This document shows positions 11,013 through 22,357 of a stretch of DNA of 32,483 nucleotides, piece by piece (position 1 is the first letter of the stretch; every line of letters starts with the position of its first letter). The notes under the pieces were generated by a model that was not told the DNA's origin, did no database searches, and saw nothing but the letters and a program-made list of their open reading frames with translations. This stretch comes from Chiloscyllium plagiosum (lineage: Eukaryota): NCBI RefSeq assembly GCF_004010195.1, contig NC_057720.1, forward strand, positions 30,319,579 to 30,352,061, in the 5' to 3' direction. The position numbers were made by a program, and so were the translations under genes.

Positions 11013-11589
11013 CAAAGTTAAAAATCACACAACACCAGGTTATAGTCCAACAGGTTGAATTGGAAGCACTAGCTTTCGGAGCGACGCTCCTTCAGGTGGT
11101 TGTGGAGGGCACAATCGTAAGGCACAGAATTTATAGCAAAAATTTACAATGTGATGTAACTGAAATTATACATTGAAAAATACCTTGATTGTCTGTTGAG
11201 TCTTTCATCTGTTCGAATAGCATGATAGTTTCACTTCTTTCATGTGTAAATCACAAAACCTTTTTTTAAAAATTGCATTCTCAGGTTAGCTGTAACAATT
11301 GGTGTTAGCTAGACAATATATGAAAGAAGTGAAACTATCATGGTATTCAAACAGATGAAAGACTCAACAAACGATCAAGTTATTTTTCAATGTATAAGTT
11401 CAGTTACATCACACTGTAAATTTTTGCTATAAATTCTGTGCCTTACAATTGTGCCCTCCACAACCACCTGATGAAGGAGCGTCGCTCCGAAAGCTAGTGC
11501 TTCCAATTAAACCTGTTGGACTATAACCTGGTGTTATGTGATTTTAAACTTTGTACACCCCAGTCCAACACCGGCATCTCCAAATCATG
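11013..11589 (+). mobile_element. Penelope-like fold-back element, copy B (~230-bp inverted arms, ~36-bp tail, 12-bp TSD)
   Basis: Arms 11013-11243 and 11320-11553 are near-perfect reverse complements; tail 11554-11589. TSD ggtcgtattcaa (11004-11015, overlapping the element end by 3 nt) / ggtcatattcaa (11590-11601). Inserted into an old CR1 3' end. Confidence 0.85.
11461..11503 (+). ncRNA. Minimal type I hammerhead ribozyme motif (Penelope-associated)
   Basis: aaccac-CTGATGA-A-GGAGC(gtc)GCTCC-GAAA-GCTA-gtgctt: conserved core boxes, 5-bp stem II, palindromic AGCT mini stem III, putative CUA cleavage triplet, stem I cac/gtg plus aa/tt. Confidence 0.7.
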
Positions 11590-12123
11590 GGTCATATTCA
11601 AGGCTGAGTTAGATTTTTGATTTCCAAGGAAGTCAGTGGTTTTGGGATCAGGAAAATAGAATTAAGTTTTAATCAGATCAGTTATTATCATCTTGAATGG
11701 AAGAGTAGGCTGAAGGGCGAAATGACCCAAGCCTGTTGCTAACTTGTATGAGTTTATATAATTCCAGTCATTCTAAAAAAAAGCATTGCTCTTTCTTCAG
11801 ATATAACACATCTCCAGTAGCATAAGGGGATCTGCCTCAGTGTGATCCATAGTCACGTAACAATAGATTTTGTGATGGGTCATTTTCTGCATTACAACAG
11901 TGACTACATTTCAAAAGTACTTCATGGCTTTGAGATGTCTGGGATTTCATGAAAAAGCATGAACAGAATTGTAAATAAAAGGGATAAAATATGAACGATC
12001 AAATTTCCAATTCTGTAAATCTGGTTTTAATACCTGGGACTTTTGTGGACTAAAATGGTTTTAAAATGAAAAACAAACACTTTAAATGGCTGCAATCAAC
12101 TTACCACAGGTGTCACACATTGA

Positions 12124-15100
12124 GTCAGAGAGTCATAGAAATGTACAGCACGGAAATAGATCCTTCAGCCCAACCCGTCCATGCCAACCAGATATCCCAA
12201 CCCAATCTGGTCCCACCTGTCAGCACCCGACCCATATCCCTCCAAACCTTTCCTATTCATATACCCATCTAGATCTCTTTTAAATGTTGCAGTTGTACCA
12301 GCCTCCACTACTTCCTCTGGCTGTTCATTCCACACATGCACCATCCTCTGTGAAAAAATTGCCCCTGAGATCTCTTTTATATCTTGCCCCTCTCACCCTA
12401 AACCTATGCCCTTGAGTTCTGGACTCCCCCACCCCAGGGAAAAGACCTTGTCCATTTATCCTATCCATGCCCCTCATAATTTTATAAACCTCTGTAAGAT
12501 CACCCCTCAGTCTCCGACGCTCCAGGGAAAACAGCCCCAGCCTATTCAACCTCTTCCTATAGCTCAAATCCACCAACCCTGGCAACATCTTTGTAAATTC
12601 TTTCTGAACCCATTCAAATTTCATAGAACATAGAACAATACACACAGAACAGGCCCTTCAACCCCTGATGTTATGCCGACCTGTGAACTAACCTAAGCCC
12701 ATCCCTACACTATCCCATTATCATCCATGTGCTTATCCAAGGATTGTTTAAATCTCCCTAATATGGCTGAGTTAACTACATTAGCAGGCAGGGCATTCCA
12801 CGCCCTTACCACTCTCTGACATCTGTCTTAAATCTATTACCGCTCAATTTGTAGCTATACCCCCTCATACAAGTTGATGTCATCATCCTAGGAAAAAGAC
12901 TTTCACTATCTACCCTATCTAATCCTCTGATCATCTTGTATATCTCTATCAAATCCCTTCTTAGCCTTCATCTTTCCAATGAGAACAGACCCAAATCTCT
13001 TAGCCTTTCCTCATAATATCTTCCCTCTGGACCAGGCAACATCTCAGTAAATCTCCTCTGCACCTTTTCCAATGTTTTGATATCCTTCCTGTAATAGGGC
13101 AACCAGAACTATACACAATATTCCAAGTGTGACCGCATTAGCATTTTGTACATTTGCAGCATGACATTACGGCTCCAGAACTCAATCCCTCTACCAGTAA
13201 AACCTAACACACCGTATGCCTTCTAAACATCACTATCAACCTGGGTGGCAACTTTCAGGGGTCTATGTACATGGGCTCCAAGATCCCTCTGCACATCCAC
13301 ACTACCAAGAATCTCTCCTTTGACCCAGTATTCTGCCTTCCTGTTCTTCTTCCCAAAGTGAATCACCTCACATTTATCTGAATTGAACTCCATTTGCCAC
13401 CTCTCAGCCCAATTCTGCATTTTATCCAAGTCCCCCTGTAACCTGCAACATTCTTCCACACTGTTCATTACTCCACCAACTTTAGTGTCATCTGCAAACT
13501 TATTAACCCATCCATCTATGCTTGCATCTAAGTCATTCATAAAAATGACAAACAGCAGTGGTCCCAAAACAGATCCTTATGGCACACCACTAATAACCAC
13601 TAGTAATCTGTTAAATCACCCTCAATCTCATGCCTCTGCATTTCTCCAACAGCCTACCATGTGAAATCTTATCAAAGGCTTTACTGAAGTCCATGTACAC
13701 CACGTCAACTGCCTTACCCTCATCTACATGCTTGGCCACCTTCTCAAAATAGTCAATGAGGTTTGTGAGACATGACCTGCCCTTGACGAAACCATATTCT
13801 GGATTCTTGACGAAACCACGTTGACTATCTGCAATCAAATTGTTGCCTGCTCAATGATTATAAATCTTATCTCTTATAATCCTTTCCAAAACTTTTCCTA
13901 CAACGGATGTAAGACTCACTGGTCTATAATTACCTGGGTCATCTCTACTGCCCTCCTTGAATAAGGGCACAACATTTGCAATTCTCCAGTCCTGTGGTAC
14001 TAAACCCGTAGACAATGATGACCCAAAGATCAAAGCCAAAGGCTCCAACACCTGATCCCTAGCTGCCTAGAGAATCCTCGGATAAATCCCATCCAGCCCA
14101 GAGGACTTGTCTACTTTCATTCCTTTTAGAATTGATAACACCTCTTCCTTAATAGCCTCGATCCTTTCTAGTCTAATATCTCATATATCATTCTTCTCCT
14201 CTACAACATTCTCCTTTTCCTGAGTGAAACCCGATGAGAAATATTTGTTTAGCACCTCTCTGATCTCCACAGGGTCCACATACAACTTGCCACTTCTGTC
14301 TTTGACTAGCCCTATTCCTACTCTAGTCATCCTTTTATTCCTCACATTCCTATAGAAAGCTTTAGGGTTCTCCTTTATTCTACCTGCTAAAGAATGCTTA
14401 TGTCCTCTCTTTGTTCTTCTTAACTCTCTCTTTAAATCCTTCCTAGCTAGTCTGTAACTCTCCAACGCCTCAACTGAACCATCTCATCTCAACATCCTCC
14501 TCAGTAGCCTCCTTCTTCTGCTTAACAAGAGATGCAATTTATGTAGTAAACCACAGTTCCCTTACCTTATTACTTCCTGCCTGACAGGGACATACCTATC
14601 AAGGACACATAATATCTGTTCCTTACACCAGCTCCACATTTCGATTGCCCCATTCCCTGCATTTTGTGACCCCCATTCTATGCATCCTAAGTCTTGCCTA
14701 ATTGCATTATAATTGCCCTTCCCCCATCGATAATTCCCCTCTTGTCGGCCCTTCGACATACTGTGTCAGAAAACCTTCCTGCACACATTGGACAAAACCT
14801 GATTCATCTGATGTACTAGAGTTATAGCATTTCCAGTTAATTTTGGGGAAGTTAAAGTCCCCCATTATGACCACCCTGTTCCTTTCACTCCTACCCAGAA
14901 TCGTTTTGCCAATCCTCTCCTCCACATCCCTGGATCTCTACAGAGGCCTATTAAAAAACTCCCAGCAGTGTGACCTCTCCTCTTCTGTTTCTAACCTCAG
15001 CCCATACCTCCTCAGTAGACAAATTCTCATCAAAAGTTCTTTCAGCCACCATTATACTGTTCTTGACTCACACCTCCCCCTCTTTTACCACCTTGCCTGT

Positions 15101-15612
15101 TCTTAATGAAAGATCTAAATCCTGGAACCTGCAACGTCCATTCCTGACCCTGCTCTATCCATGTCTCCAAAATGGCCACAACATCGAACTCCCAGGTACC
15201 TATCCATGCTGCAAGCTCACCTACCTTATTTCGGATACTTCTGGCGTTGAAGTAGACACACTTCAAACCAGCTTGCTGCCTGCCAGCACATTCCTGTGAC
15301 TGTGAAATCCTGTCCATGCCCTCCCTACTCTCATCCTCCTGTGCACTGCAACTACACCTCAGGTTTGCATCCCTCTACTGAGCTAATTTAAACCCATCCG
15401 AATAGCACCAGCAAATTTCCCACCCAGGATATTAGTACCCCTCTGGTTCAAAACGTCCTTCTGATAGCAGGGAGACCAGAATTGCACACAATATTCCAAA
15501 AGTGGCCTAACCAATGTCCTGTACAGCCAAAACATGACCTCCCAACTCCTGTACTCAATACTCTGACCAATAAAGGAAAGCATAGCAAACGCCTTCTTTA
15601 CTATCCTACATA
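12124..15612 (-). mobile_element. CR1 3' fragment (12124-12621 + 15451-15612) split by a nested CR1
   Basis: [15 protein letters not shown] (12325..12645) and YRTLVRPLLEYCVQFWSP (15383..15583) are adjacent in the related uninterrupted copy at ~25100-25200. Confidence 0.85.
12622..15450 (-). mobile_element. Nested ~2.8-kb CR1 LINE: end of ORF1, APE endonuclease and RT, decayed with internal deletions
   Basis: ORF1 end NQRGTNILGGKFAGAIRMGLN*, EN LKCVYFNARSIRNK...ETW and VIMGDFNFP, RT YMDFSKAFDK and KFADDTKVGG; tail catagaacatagaaca. Confidence 0.92.
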
Positions 15613-16344
15613 CATGGAAAATAGGAGTAGGCCATTCTATGACCCTGGTAAATCATCCAACTCAGAACATGGTTCCTGCTTTTTCCCCATACTCATTGAT
15701 CCATTTTACCCTAAAAACGACTTCATGGAAGAAATTAAATGTTTGGCCTAAACAAAATTTTCTGAACTGAAATTAACATTTTTATCAAAAGACACCCTGT
15801 GAAGCATGAAGAAAACTTCATCTCCTGCTTCACCTACACACATATTATACGTTTCACACATTGAAAATGAAAGGCATTGCCTACAATTATCAAACCTGGA
15901 TACAATGAACTCAGACATGGAAATACATGAACAAACTTGCATTTCAGGAAACTGCTTTGGGCAGAGCAGAGATGTGTGACTGGAAGCAAATAGAGAAATT
16001 GCTGTCTCTGTCACTCAAAGGACTAAGCATCTGATTAAAACATAATTTGGAGAGAAACATCTATACCCTGAGACCTTAAACAGATGAACGATATTCACTA
16101 TTGCTGAGGATGCAAGAAATCAATGTAAGAACCATGATCCCAATTTAAAATCTTTACACCTCAAGGACACCCTAAGGAGTTTAAACTATATGATCCTTTC
16201 ATCATCATTCAGCACTGGACACTCTGCATGTTTATTTTTTTACCCATTTGTATGTTTGTTTGATAGAAATTAATTTTAGGAAAGAATCTGACAGAATTCT
16301 AATAATCTGGAAGGCTCATGTGAAGTAGCTCCTTTAATTTCCTT

Positions 16345-17406
16345 TGTTACAATTGTGGTCAACTGGACTGTGGAATTTTATTTTAATCATCTGATTGTTG
16401 CACTTGAGACTTTTCGTAGGAATAAAAAGTCTGTTTTAAAAACAGTAGAAATGAGAACCTAAAATTGCTGCACTAGTCACCTGACCATAGACTGAGGTAA
16501 AGTTTGAGAAATCCATAAGGAAAATGCATCTGCACTGACAATACCATTTTTATCAAAAGTCATTGAAAGCAGGTAATTGAGTCAGTGCCAAACAATTTGT
16601 ATCTTCTGTCTTCATTCACATATTATGAATAAATATTATGCATGATAATTTCACATATTATGGGGAGAAAGTGCTCACCTGCCAGTTGTCAACTTTGAGA
16701 GTGTAGTGCTGAAAAAGCACAGCAGGTCAGGCAGCATCCGAGGAACTGGAGAATTGACATTTTGGGCATAAGCCCTTCATCAGGAAGATTCTGAGCTCTG
16801 AGCTCCAGCATCTGCAGTCCTCACTTTCTCCTAGTTAGTTAATTTGTGAAGAGAATAGAAGACATTTTGAACCATATTTCAACAGCTGCTTTTGAGCAGA
16901 TCAGAGAGAAGGAAGCAATGGGTTTATAATCAAGAACCGAAAGACTTTCTGCTTGCTTCACTTACCATTTTAGAATACAATGCCCAGTGAGAAAGTAAAT
17001 TGGGAAAATATCATGCTTGAGAACTCAAAGATTTCTGCAGAGTCTGCAACTGCTGAGGATACAAGTCAACTAGCAAATAATTATGGTATCAGGTTAATAA
17101 TCTAACACTTCATTGAATCTAAGATAACCTTTCTTCTCTCTGCCTGTACTGGACATTCTCCCTTGTAAACTTATTACCTGTTTTTGTCTTTGTTTATAGT
17201 CACAATTTTATTATTTTCTCTTGGAGTAAGCAGATAATAAAATTCCTCATTATTTCATTAAAAACAAACCTTGATAATTGGCTCAATTTTATCATGAAAT
17301 ATGTTTCAATTGAAATGTGATAGCTGTGTGCTAAAATAATTCAGTTATCTATTCAGAGGGAGTTAAAAATTGGGGAACCAATTACTCTCCTCAGCCGGTC
17401 TTGACA
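16345..17406 (+). mobile_element. Possible solo LTR
   Basis: Begins TGTTACAA and ends GGTCTTGACA (TG...CA, short imperfect inverted ends), internal AATAAA near 17235, flanks cctt/gctt as a possible 4-bp TSD. Confidence 0.35.
16698..16834 (-). mobile_element. Third Penelope-like terminal-repeat family remnant with decayed hammerhead motif
   Basis: Minus strand reads CTGATGA-A-GGGC(ttat)GCCC-AAAATGTC, i.e. GAAACGTC after two CpG transitions. Flanks gctgaaaaagcacagcaggtcaggcagcatccg and ctccagcatctgcagtcctcactttctcc. Confidence 0.6.
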
Positions 17407-19274
17407 GCTTCCATCTTTGACCTAAAAAAGGTGTTGATCAACATCTGTCTTCTACCTAGTCAAAGGTGGAAGCTGAATTTTCTTAGGACTGTAGTGGGAC
17501 ACTTGTGAAAGGATTGGTCCTCATTTGTTGGCCTGCACAAAATTAGTCATTTAATCATACTACAACTGGAACCAGAAATGTATTACATTGAGAGCTAAAT
17601 TTTCCCAAAATTCAGTTAAATTTCAATTTTGCTGAGTTTCTGGGAATGTTTCTTTCCATCAGAGAGTGAGATTTCTCACTCCATTTTCAGAAACTTGCTT
17701 CATTACCTAGGCACCATGTTCTATGGCACCCATTTGTCATATCTTCCATCTTGTCACAGCCTCTGCCAGAACCTCCCAGGATACCCAGTGGTGAAGCCAT
17801 GTTTTCAAATCAATTGTGCATCAGGTCATGCTGTCAGTCCAAAGTTACCCTATAGGGTTCATGTGACTTGTTCCAGATATTGTCAGACTGAGGGAAATTT
17901 GATTTGCCAACAGGAACTGGTGGGGCATTGGTGTCTTTGCAGCTTTCTGTGACCAGTCAAGTTACCATCATGGAGCTATGGGATTCAGAGGATCATAGCC
18001 AGAGGGAATCCAAGGGAGTGGCTTCTCAAACCACAAGGATGTTCTAACTGTGACAGCCATTCTCTATTGTTCATTTTGCTGAACTGCTCAGAGAGTGTAT
18101 CCTGTGTGAGATGCTCTCCCCACCCACCTGTATCATCAGCACTCACCTCTGCTTTCATGTCATCTGATCGGGCCTCCCAACTTGACAATGTGCACACATT
18201 CTTACTTAGATGGTAAACATGAAGATAGTTGTTAGTAGCTTCACATAATATCAGGCTACATGGTTCACTTCTGGATTGTGACCCAGAAATGACTTGGGTG
18301 TTGGAAATATTTTAAAGAGCTTCAGATTATAATCGTCATCACAGCAACCTCCTATTTACATACCTTACGAGACAAGGTATGTCTCAACAATGATCTGTTC
18401 TAAGAAAGGAATCTGTGATCAGAACTGCTCAACTTTTGTGTCAAGTGTTTAAAACCTATCCAGTGTGGGTGTGTTTGGCAGCTGTTTTCAAAGTGTTGTT
18501 TCATATTTTTTTAGGATTGGGTGTAATTTGAAAAATGTGGCAGAGCAAGTCCTTCCTGTCTCCCAGTGCAGTGAATTCACCCGACAGGTGACTCTGCTCA
18601 ATATGTGGAAGAAAATATATTATGACTACAATTAGTTTAAATCAATAACATCATCCATATTCAAGTTTCAAATGTTTTGTTTTTAAATATGCATTGCTGA
18701 TTACAAAGAGAATGCCAAATAAAGAATATCAGCTATCAAGAAGGGAGTTAGAAGACAATAATGGAAACTGAGAAATAACTGATAAGTGAGCATAGCAAAG
18801 GACTTTTATAAAGTTATGCTGAAGTAGAGATAGGAAGGAATAGTTCAGAAACAATTAATTCACAGAACAACTGCACACACAGAACAATTGATAGTGATTG
18901 GCAGTGTTACAAAATTACTAATGAAAAAGGAGACAGAAACTGCATGATGAATAATTGATTACCAGGTTAGCACAAAACAATGTAGAACATTACAAATGGC
19001 TGGGATTGAGCAATAAAACATCAATTTAACAAATAGTTCAGATTAAATCAAGTTTGTAGATATTCTCCAAGATCAAATGCCCCAATTTCAATTTATGTGC
19101 AGTCATTTGTTGTAGTGAGGCTTTGTTATATTGATATCCTTACTGCAAGTCATGGCAACAATCATGACAAAGGATTTATTATAACACGATCAATCCAGTG
19201 CTTGGCAAATTAGATATGAATTTCATATGTGATTTTCCAGAAAAGGCACAACGTGAGAATTGTTAAGTGTGAAT

Positions 19275-19900
19275 GTGGCTCAGTCGGTAGGAAATTTGCA
19301 TTTGAATTTATGCACTTAATCTAGGCTGGCATTCAGCCCATTGCTTAGGGACTGCTATTGTGTTTCAGGAGTCTTCTTTGGATGAGATAATGAATGAGAT
19401 TCAGGCAATTCTTCATCAAAAACACCGTATGTGGCCATGATCTATTTATTTTTATTTGTTGAACCTTGTTGTGTACAAATAGGTTGCCATGACTTGGAGG
19501 TGCCGGTGTTGGACTGGGGTGGTTAAAGTTAAAAATCACACAACACCAGGTTATAGTCTAACAGGTTTATTTGGAAGCATACTAGCTTTCGGAGCGGCAC
19601 TCCTTCATCAGGTGGTTGTGGAGGTTAACATCATGCTTACAGAATTTATAGCCAAAGGAAACCAGTGTCATGGACTTTGGCTATAAATGCTGTGAGCATG
19701 AACTTTCACAACCACCTGATGAAGTAGTGCTCCAAAAGCTAGTGCTTCCAAATAAACCAGATGGACTATAACCTGGTGTTGTGTGACTTTTAACAAATAG
19801 GGTTGATATGTGATCCCTTCATAATTATCTCCAAAATAACCAAATTGACAGTGAGGTGCTTGGGAATGAATCGTGGCATGAAATTAATGTAATGAAGTTT
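19275..19900 (+). mobile_element. Decayed Deu-type SINE (SacSINE1-like), interrupted by Penelope-like copy C
   Basis: gtggctcagtcggtag...aatctaggctg...tctttggatgagat..., then gtgtacaaataggttg at the insertion site. Related 3' tail fragments occur at ~11880-11960 and 22261-22285. Confidence 0.5.
19488..19795 (-). mobile_element. Penelope-like fold-back element, copy C (reverse orientation, TSD)
   Basis: Same arm sequence with the tail on the left (19488-19525). TSD acaaataggttg (19475-19486) / acaaatagggttg (19793-19805). Minus-strand hammerhead core at ~19583-19611; the plus-arm core is degenerate. Confidence 0.82.
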
Positions 19901-20454
19901 CATTTGAAAGTTAAGCCTCTGGGTATTGAAGAAATTATAACCAAGTGTTTGGCACACAAAGCAAAAGGGTGCAGTAAAATCCATGTTTTGTGGGTTAGTG
20001 GCATGTAGTTTGTGATGAATAAATCCCACGCGATTCAGGCCTGGCACCTTCTCAATACATTGATCGCATTAAGGTAAATATCGTTTATAGCTGCGAACAG
20101 TTTAGAGATGAAATAGCGTTCACAATTTCTTTTGAAAAGTGATTCAACGTAATATTAGTTGTAACATAATTTCGAGGCTACGATTATTTTGTTTTCGAAG
20201 AACAGTGATCACTTGCACTGAATCAAATTTCAGTCAAATATTTCTTTCTGTGTAATAGGGGACCCAGCGTCCTAGACTCAAGCCTATTTAGTTTAGCTGA
20301 GCTACATTAATACACTTTTCTACCTTCTTTCTTAAGTTGCTGTTCCGTGAATGATATGAACCAGTTTTCTGTCTGACGCAATGAGGTATTAAATGTGACA
20401 CTCTGTTGTCGGTTATTATTTTGTAAATTGCCCCATTGCCATTATGCCACTTGA

Positions 20455-20500
20455 TAATGCGCGTTCCGGGTTGCTAGGAGCCGTCACGCAGCGGGTGCTT
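20455..20500 (+). promoter_or_regulatory. Putative CIMAP2 core promoter: CpG cluster with RFX X-box (GTTGCTAGGAGCC, 20470-20482)
   Basis: tgcgcgttccggGTTGCTAGGAgccgtcacgcagcggg has several CpGs in ~40 bp within an otherwise CpG-depleted region, ~50 bp upstream of the ATG. GTTGCTAGG is a strong RFX half-site typical of ciliary genes. Confidence 0.65.
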
Positions 20501-20529
20501 GGTCAAAGTCAACTAGAAATTAAGCAGCA

Positions 20530-20591
20530 ATGGATCAGTCAGTGGAAGTGAAGCAATTTGAAGGAGCACCTTTTGGAACTCAGAAAGCCAG
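20530..20591 (+). CDS. CIMAP2: CIMAP2/LEXM (C1orf177; ciliary microtubule-associated protein 2) coding exon 1
   Basis: gcagcaATGG start; encodes MDQSVEVKQFEGAPFGTQKA(R), compare human KWFTGAPFGVQSHR. Donor CAG|gtaaat, phase 2. Divergent from TTC22, as at human 1p32.3. Confidence 0.88.
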
Positions 20592-20799
20592 GTAAATTGA
20601 AGTCAAGAATTCCCAGATTATCTAATGTTTTTTCAGTGGATTTATTTAACATTGACAGATTCCTAATAAATAGAGATGAGGACTGCAAACGAATTGGTTG
20701 GAAATTGGTTGGGATCGGTCAGGAGTATTCTACATCATTTTATACAAAAGATACTGGAGAGGAGATGGATTCCACATTGGGTAGAAGATAGAGATATTG

Positions 20800-22250
20800 G
20801 GGTAAGCTAAAGTATAAATAGCTAAATTGAAGGAAAACAAAGTGCCAGGATCTGATAGGACAGATTCAAGGATTTTGCAAAGGGGGAAGAAATAACAGAG
20901 ACCATGGAATTTAGTTACATTGACAGAAGGCGTTTTAAAAGACACAAAAGTGACCAGAGAAATAGAACTAATCGAGTCAAGTGATTTAGTATTTGCGATT
21001 TAAAAAATTGGAATCTTTATTTAAAATTAAATACCTAGATGAAGGGAAAACTAACTAGCAGTGGCTAACAATAATTTCATAAAGATTTATGTTTGACAAA
21101 CCTAACAAAGCTTTGAAGAGGTCACAGATACAGAAGAAACTGAAAGGATATCGTTTGCAAGGACTTTTAGAAAGCCTTTGTTAAGGTGCAACAGGGGACT
21201 GATTGGAGAAGATTGAGGGATGTTAAATTCAGAGAAGCAGAACAAATTGCTTTGTTTTGTGCATTGAGAATAATAGCAAGGCTGTTGGTGCTCTCGCTTA
21301 TTAGGGTGAATATTGTATACCAACTTCCAACAATACACTGTGATTGTGGAAAATGGGAAACTATTTCTGTAAACTGCGAGACACATCTTGACAAGGGCAG
21401 ACAGAGATGGGAATTCATCATCACTGCCAGATTAGCCTTTGACCGACTGTGGAAAAGAGCATTTGATCACCAGGATTACAAAACGCTAAGATCATAGTTT
21501 ATTGAGCAGCAGGGATCCCACATTCCTATATGCATCAGAGCATTGGCTAACCTACAGTGGGTACCTCAGAGCACTGAAGAAGTACTATCAATGGTACCTT
21601 TGTAAGATCCTCCAAACTGACTAACAGGGAAGATTATGCAAGGGCAACATCATTTCTCAAATCAACATGTCCAAGGCACCAATGACTCAAAATCAACTCC
21701 GTTGGGCTAGGCATGTCATTTGTATGCCAGATGGCAGCTTCTCAAAGAATTCTTCTACTTGGAACTCTGTTAAGGCAGGACACTCCCGTGGAGACAGTGG
21801 GAATACTTTCAAGATGTCTTCAAAGCATTCTCATTAACTTATGGGAGTCCCTGGCTTGTGACCAATCAAAATGGGTGACGCTTTGTTGAGGAAGGCACTG
21901 AACACCATCGAGAGCAGAGACTGGGGGTTGAGGCCAATTGATTGAAAGTGAGTCGCAATATTTCACAGGGCTCTGTTCCAAGATTGATTCTGTCCACTGT
22001 GTCCATCAATGAAAGGGAAATGGAACAGGAGGAAATTTTACCCAAATTTAAGATGATACTAAAGTAGGAAACATAGCAAATAATTTAGTAGACTGAATTA
22101 AATGGCAAAGAGAAATTGTCAGTACTTGTGATTTTGGTTATTTAAAAAAAATAAGGAATTGGAAAAGATGGACAGTGTGTTAGGAGAGAATGGTTTATGT
22201 ATTTCAGTTCATATTCTTAACTGAAGTAGATAATATCATAACCAATAGAT
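20800..22250 (+). mobile_element. Very old CR1 ORF2 remnant interrupted by an RTE fragment
   Basis: Degenerate 'K.PG.D', 'TNL...FEEVT' and 'DF.KAF.KV' before ~21330; 'QGSV' and 'DDTKVG' after ~21950. Confidence 0.5.
21340..21915 (+). mobile_element. RTE-clade LINE 3' ORF fragment
   Basis: Degenerate AFDRLWKRAFDHQD, LLYASE.W, ALKKYYQ..LCKILQ and NQLRWARHVICMPD are typical of the RTE/BovB-like C-terminus. Confidence 0.7.
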
Positions 22251-22357
22251 TCCAATATTCAAGGTGCTATATAAATGCAAGTTAGTGTTAGTAGAGTTGT
22301 GGGAATTTCTGTAAACATTGAGGACACAGCATTATATTCTCATTATATAATGAGTAT

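Larger units (their letters stand above)
10890..11750 (+). mobile_element. Old CR1 3' end (host of Penelope-like copy B)
   Basis: ...tattcaaggctgagttagatttttga...cagatcag...gaatggaagagtaggctgaagggcgaaatgacc is continuous once 11016-11601 is removed. Confidence 0.55.

Noticed and set aside
17600..18480. Possible decayed transposon coding region or extra exons
   Set aside because: No recognisable protein motif on either strand; left unannotated.
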